Positions 14,824-21,742 of a DNA stretch of 32,000 nt are shown piece by piece; within the stretch, counting starts at the first letter, position 1; each line of letters begins with the position of its first letter. The position numbers and the translations under genes were made by a program. The stretch is from Cylindrospermopsis raciborskii Cr2010 (lineage in GTDB: Bacteria > Cyanobacteriota > Cyanobacteriia > Cyanobacteriales > Nostocaceae), in assembly GCF_003367075.2 (NCBI RefSeq), contig NZ_CP065936.1, forward strand, positions 2,940,001 through 2,972,000. The letters run 5' to 3'. The notes under the pieces were generated by a model. It ran no database searches. It saw nothing but the letters and a program-made list of their open reading frames with translations, and was not told the DNA's origin.

Positions 14824-14917
14824 AATCATCAGAGGTCTGTTGTTATATTGACTAACTCAGAACTTTGTGGCACACAAAAGCATTGTTTGGAAAACTAACT
14901 GGCGATCTCGCGAGTGC

Positions 14918-15012
14918 GAGTGCTTCGCAATCGCCCTTTTGATTTAAAATAAATTCATATAAACAACTCCTGTGGTTGAGCGGAGTCGAAATCAGCTAAG
15001 CTGATGTGTAAG
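14918..15012 (+). repeat. DR + Y module, variant d, forming the 5' flank of the DUF3782 gene
   Basis: gagtgcttcgcaatcgcccttttgatttaaaataaattcatataaacaactcctgtgg...cagctaagctgatgtgtaagag. Confidence 0.65.
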
Positions 15013-15033
15013 AGTATATTGGAGCGGGAGAAT

Positions 15034-15867
15034 ATGGCGACTACTGCTGATGAGGTATGGAAACTGCTGGGAGAACTTATTGAGTCTCAGAAAGAGACGG
15101 AACGGAAATTCCAAGAAACAGAACGTCTCTTGCGTGAGCGGTCCCAAGAAACAGAACGTTTCCTGCGTGAGCAGTCCCAAGAAACGGATCGGAGGTTCCA
15201 AGAAACAGAACGTCTCTTGCGTGAGCAGTCCCAAGAAACGGATTGGAAGTTCCAAGAAACAGAACGTCTCTTGCGCGAGCAGTCCCAAGAAACGGATCGG
15301 AAGTTCCAAGAAACAGAACGTCTCTTGCGTGAGCAGTCCCAAGAAACGGATCGGAAGTTCCAAGAAACAGAACGTCTCTTGCGCGAGCAGTCCCAAGAAA
15401 CGGAACGTTTATTACGTGAAGAATCCAAAAGGGTTAATAACCAAATTGGTCAATTAGGCAATCGACTGGGAGAGTTCGTCGAATCACAGGTGCGTCCAGC
15501 AGCGGTGAAATTATTTCAAGAAAGAGGTATAGCGGTCAAAGAAATAGCCAGCAACACTTATATCCAAACGGGAAAAGAAGGATTAGAAATTGACCTATTA
15601 GTTATTAATAGTTCTGATATTATTTTAATTGAAGCGAAAAGTAAAGTATCAGAAGATGATGTCAATGAACATTTAGAAAGACTATCAAAATTCAAGCGTT
15701 TCTTCCCCAGGTATGAAAGTTACCGGGTATTGGGAGCAGTAGCGGGAATGGTAATTCCACTGGATGTTTCTCGTTATGCTTATCGGAAGGGATTATTTGT
15801 AATTGGGCAGTCGGGAGATAATTTAGTCATTCTCAATGACGATAAATTTAGACCTCGAGGGTGGTAA
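15034..15867 (+). CDS. DUF3782-like protein: repetitive coiled-coil N-terminus + PD-(D/E)XK-like C-terminal domain
   Basis: ATG 15034 follows GGAGCGGGAG. QETERLLREQSQETDRKF repeats. The C-terminal EIDLLVIN..IILIEAKSK fits a D...ExK nuclease motif. Confidence 0.7.
   Translation: MATTADEVWKLLGELIESQKETERKFQETERLLRERSQETERFLREQSQETDRRFQETERLLREQSQETDWKFQETERLLREQSQETDRKFQETERLLREQSQETDRKFQETERLLREQSQETERLLREESKRVNNQIGQLGNRLGEFVESQVRPAAVKLFQERGIAVKEIASNTYIQTGKEGLEIDLLVINSSDIILIEAKSKVSEDDVNEHLERLSKFKRFFPRYESYRVLGAVAGMVIPLDVSRYAYRKGLFVIGQSGDNLVILNDDKFRPRGW
15112..15420 (+). repeat. 54-nt (18-codon) in-frame tandem repeat, ~5.5 units
   Basis: caagaaacagaacgtctcttgcgtgagcagtcccaagaaacggatcggaagttc with unit starts near 15145, 15199, 15253, 15307 and 15361. 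All other frames are open here, which explains the overlapping ORF-track entries. Confidence 0.9.
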
Positions 15868-15898
15868 TTAGCAGCAGTGGGTGGAACCATATCCCATA

Positions 15899-16014
15899 GG
15901 GAGTGCTTCGCAATCGCCCTTTTGATTTAAAATAAATTCATATAAACAACGCTGTTGAGGGGGTCAAAACCGGTTGACCCGATGTGTAATCGAAATCTGT
16001 AATGTTAAACCATC
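15899..16014 (+). repeat. DR + Y hairpin module, variant c
   Basis: Near-identical to 7769-7884 and 16379-16494. The hairpin is gggtcaaaaccggttgaccc. Confidence 0.8.
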
Positions 16015-16286
16015 AGGTTTGTAAAGAAATGTAAATTAATCCCTATAGCTTCTTGACTTATGCAACAAATCTGATATCATTCTGGCATGGGGTAATTAAT
16101 TGCCTCGTATCCAAATAAAATACAAGCTAAATCATAAGGTGCAGAGCTTTGACGGTCTACATGATCTCAGTTCGTGCTAACCAGACTCACCCACAGCTAA
16201 GAGAGTCGAGTGGTATGGCTTTTCTGTATCAATTTTAACCTATAACCAATAATCACCCACGGCAAAACCGGTCGGTTTTAACCGAT
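16015..16286 (+). repeat. X-module copy X2 (promoter + ~200-nt conserved downstream sequence)
   Basis: Near-identical to 20360-20632, with scattered substitutions. Confidence 0.8.
16053..16080 (+). promoter_or_regulatory. Sigma70-like promoter inside X2: TTGACT - 16 nt - TATCAT
   Basis: Hexamers at 16053-16058 and 16075-16080. Confidence 0.5.
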
Positions 16287-16345
16287 GATCTAAGACCAAA
16301 AATGGCAATCAACTGGATGTGTAATCGGTCACAATGTCTACAACG
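16287..16345 (+). pseudogene. Relic of the B-gene 3' end (with internal deletion)
   Basis: gatctaagaccaaaaatggcaatcaactggatgtgtaatcggtcacaatgtctacaacg. Confidence 0.75.
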
Positions 16346-16378
16346 GGCGATCTCGCGAGTGCTTTGCGATCGCCCATA

Positions 16379-16494
16379 GGGAGTGCTTCCCAATCGCCCT
16401 TTTAATTTGAAATAAATTCATATAAACAACGCTGTTGAGGGGGTCAAAACCGGTTGACCCGATGTGTAATCGAAATCTGTAATGTTAAACCATC
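16379..16494 (+). repeat. DR + Y hairpin module, variant c
   Basis: Part of the 777-bp duplication 16366-17142 = 7756-8532. Confidence 0.8.
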
Positions 16495-16693
16495 TTACCA
16501 ATCTTTTAATACTCCTATATCAATCATTCGTCCTTTTAATACCTATGGACCTCGACAATCAGCACAGCTTGTGGGATGGGAACCTTTATATGGTGGGCGT
16601 GAGGGATTTAAGCAGGGTTTGGCAGAAACGGCAGAATGGTTTATGAACCCGACAAATTTGGCAGGGTATAAGAGCGATCGCTACAACATTTGA
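16495..16693 (+). pseudogene. legB: LegB-like dehydratase remnant, second copy
   Basis: Translation is identical to 7885-8083. Confidence 0.6.
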
Positions 16694-16982
16694 GGGTCAC
16701 TGGGGAAGTGGAAAAACTGGAACAGAATTTTTTATGCGGGCTAAAAGCTGTATTGGGAGAGCCGAATCCTTTTGTGCCACTCCATGAGCCTGAGTTTATG
16801 GGTAATGAGTGGGAATTGGTCAAAAATTGCCTTGATTCCACCTTTGTTTCGTCTGTTGGTAAATACGTTGATCGCTTTGAGGTCATGCTGGCGGAATATA
16901 CAGGAGCAAAATATGCTGTAGCGGTAGTAAATGGCACTGCTGCTCTGCATATCGCTTTGTTATTGGCAGGGGTTAGACCGGT
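16690..16982 (+). pseudogene. legC: LegC-family aminotransferase N-terminal fragment, second copy
   Basis: Translation is identical to 8080-8372. Confidence 0.65.
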
Positions 16983-17010
16983 GCTTTGAAGTTGCATTTA
17001 TATATATCCC

Positions 17011-17143
17011 GTTGGTTTGTTGGGTTTCGTGCCTCAACCCAACCTACGATTACCCACGACAAAACCAGTCGGGTTTAACCGACTTGCGCTTTGAGACCGA
17101 GAATTGATTCCCGGTCTCCCCCACGGACAGTCTCCAGGTAAGA
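17011..17143 (+). repeat. H-element copy (H1-H3)
   Basis: Identical to 8401-8532, then diverges. Confidence 0.8.
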
Positions 17144-17215
17144 GTTGATTCAACCCAATAATAGTTAATTCCCCAGCGAACGCCCATAGGAAGTGCTTCG
17201 CGATCTCGCAAGTGC

Positions 17216-17300
17216 GAGTGCTTCGCAATCGCCCTTTTGATTTGAAACAAATGTTGAGTGGTGTAAAAACCACTTAAGCTAATGTGTAATAAGCCATCAG
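17216..17300 (+). repeat. DR + Y module, variant b (native 5' flank of gene A)
   Basis: gagtgcttcgcaatcgcccttttgatttgaaacaaatgttgagtggtgtaaaaaccacttaagctaatgtgtaataagccatcagc. The hairpin is agtggt/accact. Confidence 0.7.
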
Positions 17301-17336
17301 CTTTGTAAATAAATGTAAATTAAGCACCATATTCTC

Positions 17337-17367
17337 TTGACTTGTGTACCAAATACGAGTTTAAAAT
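17337..17367 (+). promoter_or_regulatory. Candidate promoter of gene A (TTGACT -35; TTTAAA/TAAAAT -10), homologous to the X-module promoter
   Basis: tgtaaataaatgtaaattaagc...ctcttgacttgtgtaccaaat parallels tgtaaagaaatgtaaattaatc...tcttgacttatgcaacaaat. Confidence 0.4.
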
Positions 17368-17434
17368 AAACTGCGATCGCTTAATGGGTGACACAAAGAA
17401 ATTTTGAGAGGAAAGAACAAGGAAGATTAAGAGA

Positions 17435-18379
17435 ATGACCCGATTCATTCACGACCAATTTGCCAAGGACTACTTAGAGGAAATACTCAGGCCCTATGGA
17501 GAAATAGAATCTTTTAAGCGAGTTCCAGGAGAAGTTAGACAAATAGACTGTTTCTTTTCTCCAGCAGGTGAAAAAATCACCAAACTATCGGGTTTAGGTG
17601 TACTAGGCAGTTTTGCCAGATTGCCAGGGATATTTGAACCATTTAGGAATGCAGCATCAGAGGAAGAAATATGTGATTGCATATTGAAGCTACTGGAAAT
17701 AAGAGGGTTAATGCAAAGGGAAGCAAAGCGAGATAAAAGAAAACTAGACAAAGAAAAAGTTCCCTATCTGTGGATTCTGACACCAACAGCCTCAAAGAAA
17801 ATACTAAAAGGGTTTAATGCTGTTGCAGAAAGCAATTCCTGTCAAGGAGTGTACCATTTAGGAAAAAGTCTGAGGACAAAGATTGTAGCGATTCACCACT
17901 TACCAAACACGCCGGAAACATTATGGCTAAGAATATTGGGAAGGGGGAAAGTACGAACAAAAGCAATTGATCAGTTAGAAAAACTGACAGAAGATCACCC
18001 ATTACGAAGAAAGGTGCTAGAATTGCTATATACTTTGAGACAAAACTTGGAGCAAAGTGGAAAAGCTGAAGAAAGGGAAGATAAGGAGTTAATTATGAGG
18101 TTAGCACCACTGTACCAGCAAGATATAGAAAAAGTGAGACAAGAAGGTCTTCAGGAAGGCGAACTTCGAGGAGAACAACGTGGAAGACAAGAAGGACAGC
18201 GAAAGATAATATTACTGTTGCTGAATCACAAGTTTGATGGAATTGAGTTACCTGTGGTGGAAAGGATAAACAGACTATCATTAGAGCAATTAGAAGCAAT
18301 GGGTGAATCTTTACTGGATTTTAGAAAGATTTCTGATTTAGAAGCATGGTTAAAAGACGCAGAAAAATCCATTGTGTGA
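17435..18379 (+). CDS. Gene A: cyanobacterial nuclease-like protein (distinct N-terminal domain) with the same linker + DUF4351 tail as B
   Basis: MTRFIHDQFAKDYLEE..EVRQIDCFF..IFEPFRN..LWILTPTAS..IVAIHHLPNTPETLWLRILGRG resembles a recurrent cyanobacterial family. The last ~75 aa are nearly identical at nt level to the B tail. The stop lies 6 nt before the B6 ATG. Confidence 0.65.
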   Translation: MTRFIHDQFAKDYLEEILRPYGEIESFKRVPGEVRQIDCFFSPAGEKITKLSGLGVLGSFARLPGIFEPFRNAASEEEICDCILKLLEIRGLMQREAKRDKRKLDKEKVPYLWILTPTASKKILKGFNAVAESNSCQGVYHLGKSLRTKIVAIHHLPNTPETLWLRILGRGKVRTKAIDQLEKLTEDHPLRRKVLELLYTLRQNLEQSGKAEEREDKELIMRLAPLYQQDIEKVRQEGLQEGELRGEQRGRQEGQRKIILLLLNHKFDGIELPVVERINRLSLEQLEAMGESLLDFRKISDLEAWLKDAEKSIV

Positions 18380-18385
18380 TTGTTT

Positions 18386-19372
18386 ATGGTAAAAAAATCA
18401 GATATTGGCGGTAAACGTTTAATTGGACTTAGTCCACAAGCTTGGGGGCGTTGGGTCACGGGGGATAAAACGATCAAAGTTCAGGAAATTATTAACAGTG
18501 AACTTCAATGGATCGAGCGGGAAAGTGATGTTTTGCTCAAGGCCCATAGTCCTGAGTGTGGCGATTTTATTCTACTGAATGAGCTACAACTGCGCCATGA
18601 TGCTAAGATGCCTCGACGAATGCGAGCTTATGCTGCTCTAGTAGAGGAAAAGTATGGGCTACTAGTCTATCCAGTGGTCGTCAATATTCTTCAACCTGGG
18701 CCGACGGAGATAATTCGCAGCCGTTATGAGTCCGAAATTATGGGTTGTAGGGCCTATCAGGACTATCGGGTGATTAATTTGTGGGAGATTGAGGCGGAGA
18801 CGGTGTTTGAGCAAAATCTGTCTTCCTTGCTACCGTTTGTCCCAATTTTGAAGGGGGGTAATAGTGAGGTAAATCTGCGTCAGGCTCTACTCAATCTTCG
18901 CAAGAATCAAGTGTTGGGGGATTTGGAGCCGTTGTTGTCTTTTTTTGCTAGCTTTGTATTTGATATCCCTTTAGTACAACAAATGATGAGGTGGGACATG
19001 ACGGTATTACGTGAATCGCCCTGGTACAACGAAATTCTTAAGGAAGGTCTTCAGAAAGGTCTTCAGAAAGGTCTTCAGAAAGGTCGTCAGGAAGGTCTTC
19101 AGGAAGGCGAACTTCGAGGAGAACAACGTGGAAGACAAGAAGGACAGCGAAAGATAATATTACTGTTGCTGAATCACAAGTTTGATGGAATCGAGTCACC
19201 TGTGGTGGAAAGGATAAACAGACTATCACTAGAGCAATTAGAAGCAATGGGTGAATCTTTACTGGATTTTAGACAGATTTCTGATTTAGAAGCATGGTTA
19301 AAAGACGCAGAAAAATCCAATGATCTAAAACCACAAGTTGATATCCAAAATGGCAATCAACTGGATGTGTAA
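18386..19372 (+). CDS. Rpn-type nuclease with DUF4351 tail, copy B6 (8 VNTR units)
   Basis: 328 aa from ATG 18386. Has IIRSRYESE like B5. Confidence 0.75.
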   Translation: MVKKSDIGGKRLIGLSPQAWGRWVTGDKTIKVQEIINSELQWIERESDVLLKAHSPECGDFILLNELQLRHDAKMPRRMRAYAALVEEKYGLLVYPVVVNILQPGPTEIIRSRYESEIMGCRAYQDYRVINLWEIEAETVFEQNLSSLLPFVPILKGGNSEVNLRQALLNLRKNQVLGDLEPLLSFFASFVFDIPLVQQMMRWDMTVLRESPWYNEILKEGLQKGLQKGLQKGRQEGLQEGELRGEQRGRQEGQRKIILLLLNHKFDGIESPVVERINRLSLEQLEAMGESLLDFRQISDLEAWLKDAEKSNDLKPQVDIQNGNQLDV

Positions 19373-19469
19373 TCGGTTACAGTGTCTACAACGAGCGATT
19401 GCGAAGCAATCGCCCTTTGCAGGTCATCTTTGAAAATGGGCAAGAGATGAGGCTTTCCCTGGAAAAATT

Positions 19470-20225
19470 GGCGTTGCATAATAGAGGTATGAATTGAGGT
19501 AATCTACTGTGCATTGTCCAAACTGCGGGTCTTCCAAAATCAGAAAGAATGGCAAACGTCGAGGTAAACAAAATCACATTTGTGTTGATTGTGGTCGTCA
19601 ATTTATCGATGTCTATAGTCCACCTAAAGGCTATTCAGAAGAAGTTAAACAAAGTTGCCTGCGCTCTTATGTTAACGGTATGGGATTTAGAGCAATTGAA
19701 CGCGATAAAGGCGTTCATCATACAACTATTATTTACTGGCTAAAACAAATTGGTTCCATACTTCCAGATGCTCCACCAGTTGAGGAAACACCCTTGGTAG
19801 GTGAGCTTGATGAGTTGGAGACCTTTGTGGGATCAAAAAAAAACAAAATATGGTTGTGGACAGCAGTAAATCACTTCCGTAAAAATATCCTGGCTTGGGT
19901 TGTGGGAGACCACAGCTCACAAGCATTTCAACCTTTGTGGGACATCGTTAAACTCTGGCAATGCTTTTTTTATGTTACTGATGGGTGGAGGGTTTATCCG
20001 AGTTTTATTCAGCCAGAGGATCATATTGTGAGCAAAACATATATGACTAGGGTAGAGGGTGAAAATACACGTTTACGTCACTACTTAGCGCGACTACATA
20101 GAAAAACGCTATGCTATTCAAAATCTGTAGATATGCTTAGGTATTCAATTAAATTATTACTTCACTATTTAAAGTATGAAGTAATACCCGCGTTTAGTTG
20201 ATTCATCCCGCAAATATGCAACGCC
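19470..20225 (+). mobile_element. IS1 family insertion sequence (756 bp)
   Basis: Terminal inverted repeats ggcgttgcata (19470-19480) and tatgcaacgcc (20215-20225). Single transposase ORF. Interrupts a recognisable gene relic. Confidence 0.85.
19509..20201 (+). CDS. IS1 family transposase (single-ORF type, GTG start)
   Basis: N-terminal zinc finger CPNCGS..CVDCGRQF, HTH, then a DDE region (WTAV.., FYVTDGW.., E..N..LR). Confidence 0.85.
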   Translation: MHCPNCGSSKIRKNGKRRGKQNHICVDCGRQFIDVYSPPKGYSEEVKQSCLRSYVNGMGFRAIERDKGVHHTTIIYWLKQIGSILPDAPPVEETPLVGELDELETFVGSKKNKIWLWTAVNHFRKNILAWVVGDHSSQAFQPLWDIVKLWQCFFYVTDGWRVYPSFIQPEDHIVSKTYMTRVEGENTRLRHYLARLHRKTLCYSKSVDMLRYSIKLLLHYLKYEVIPAFS

Positions 20226-20359
20226 ATTAATTCAAACCCGAGAGCGTTACTGGCGTCTAAAGAGTACTCGTTATTTTCGTCAGGCTCAGATAGATACACT
20301 AGGGGGGATTTGCTGGACTGAACCCGATGTGTAATCGAAATCTGTAATGTTAAACCATC

Positions 20360-20632
20360 AGGTTTGTAAAGAAATGTAAATTAATCCCTATAACCTCTTG
20401 ACTTATGCAACAAATCTGATATTATTCTGGCATGGGGTAATTAATTGCCTCGTATCCAAATAAAATACAAGCTAAATCATAAGGTGCAGAGCTTTGACGG
20501 TCTACATGATCTCAGTTCGTACCAACCAGACTCACCCGCAGCTACGAGAGTCGAGTGGCACGGGTTTTCTGTCTCAATTTTAACCTATAACCAATAATCA
20601 CCCACGGCAAAACCGGTCGGTTTTCAACCGAT
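20360..20632 (+). repeat. X-module copy X3, immediately upstream of the pse cluster
   Basis: Aligns with X2. Followed by the B-tail relic and then pseB. Confidence 0.8.
20398..20425 (+). promoter_or_regulatory. Sigma70-like promoter inside X3: TTGACT - 16 nt - TATTAT, oriented toward pseB
   Basis: Hexamers at 20398-20403 and 20420-20425. About 300 nt upstream of the pseB ATG, with no intervening terminator-like hairpin seen. Confidence 0.5.
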
Positions 20633-20704
20633 GATCTAAGACCACAAGTTGATATCCAAAATGGCAATCAACTGGATGTGTAATCGGTCACAATGTCTAC
20701 AACG
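20633..20704 (+). pseudogene. Relic of the B-gene 3' end (last ~24 codons + stop + 25 nt)
   Basis: gatctaagaccacaagttgatatccaaaatggcaatcaactggatgtgtaatcggtcacaatgtctacaacg. Confidence 0.8.
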
Positions 20705-20721
20705 GCGTAACTTTAAACTTA

Positions 20722-21738
20722 ATGAAAATTACTCAAGAAACTTCCATTCTACTCACAGGTGGTACCGGTTCCTTTGGCAAGAAGTTTGTGGAAATGCTGC
20801 TCCAACAATTCCCAGATATTCATCGCTTGGTGATTTATTCTCGGGATGAACTCAAGCAGTATGAAATGGGTCTTCAGTTCTCTGACATGCAATATCGAGG
20901 ACTACGCTATTTCTTGGGGGATGTTAGAGATAAACAACGGTTAGTCCGTGCTTGTGAAGGTATAGACATCATTGTTCACGCCGCTGCCCTAAAACAAGTA
21001 CCTACTGCAGAATACAATCCCATGGAATGTATTAAAACTAATGTTCTAGGCGCTCAAAATGTAATTGAAGCTGCATTGGATACTGGTGTAAAGCAAGTGG
21101 TAGCCCTATCTACTGATAAAGCCGCCGCCCCCATTAATTTATATGGAGCAACAAAGCTCTGCTCTGATAAATTGTTTGTTGCTGCCAATAATATCAAGGG
21201 GAAAAGAGATATTTCCTTTAGTGTGGTGCGTTATGGCAATGTTATGGGATCTAGGGGATCAGTGATTCCTTTTTTCCTCCAACAGCGTCACCAAGGAGTG
21301 TTACCTATTACCGATCCACAGATGACCCGGTTTAATATCACCTTAGAAGAAGGGGTAAAAATGGTGTGGTGGGCAATTGAAAACGGTTGGGGAAGTGAGG
21401 TCTTTGTCCCCAAAATTCCTTCCTACCGCATTACTGATGTGGCTACAGCTATTGCTCCTCAAGCTGAACAAAGAATAGTGGGCATTCGTCCAGGAGAAAA
21501 AATCCATGAGGAAATGATTACTAGTAGTGATAGTTACACTACCTTCGATTTAGGTTCTTATTATGCGATTTTACCCAGTCAGGTGGATAATAATTTACAA
21601 GAGCATTTTTTAAAAAATGGAGCAGTGAAGGTAAAGCCAGGTTTTAGTTATAATTCTGGTGATAATGATGTGTTTTTAACTGTGGACGAACTTAGACAGT
21701 TGATTCGTCATCATGTTGACTGTGAGTTTGCTATCTAA
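20722..21738 (+). CDS. pseB: UDP-N-acetylglucosamine 4,6-dehydratase (inverting), PseB
   Basis: ILLTGGTGSFGKKF Rossmann motif, YSRDELKQ, FLGDVRD, the YGATK catalytic motif, and ~338 aa length are typical of PseB/FlaA1. Followed by pseC. Confidence 0.85.
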   Translation: MKITQETSILLTGGTGSFGKKFVEMLLQQFPDIHRLVIYSRDELKQYEMGLQFSDMQYRGLRYFLGDVRDKQRLVRACEGIDIIVHAAALKQVPTAEYNPMECIKTNVLGAQNVIEAALDTGVKQVVALSTDKAAAPINLYGATKLCSDKLFVAANNIKGKRDISFSVVRYGNVMGSRGSVIPFFLQQRHQGVLPITDPQMTRFNITLEEGVKMVWWAIENGWGSEVFVPKIPSYRITDVATAIAPQAEQRIVGIRPGEKIHEEMITSSDSYTTFDLGSYYAILPSQVDNNLQEHFLKNGAVKVKPGFSYNSGDNDVFLTVDELRQLIRHHVDCEFAI

Positions 21739-21742
21739 ATAA

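Larger units (their letters stand above)
19416..20322 (+). pseudogene. DUF2442 relic (5'- and 3'-truncated) split by the IS1 insertion
   Basis: 19416-19469 and 20226-20322 rejoin to the intact sequence ...ctggaaaaatt/aattcaaaccc.... Same B-to-DUF2442 junction as at 7448-7451. Confidence 0.8.

Noticed and set aside
14992-15457. Overlapping ORFs 14992-15396(-), 15050-15457(+) and 15087-15428(-)
   Set aside because: They are kept open by the 54-nt repeat of the DUF3782-like gene. Only the frame starting at 15034 continues into a non-repetitive domain with a nuclease-like motif.
16140-16200. tRNA-like appearance of ggtgcagagctttgacggtctacatgatctcagttcg in the X-module
   Set aside because: I could not draw a cloverleaf. 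The D-arm and T-arm pairings fail, and no GTTCRANYC T-loop is present.
20495-20572. 25-codon ORF (MISVRTNQTHPQLRESSG..FLSQF*) inside the X-module
   Set aside because: It is present in X0, X2 and X3 but interrupted by a stop in X1. The substitutions among copies are not biased toward synonymous changes. It has no RBS.
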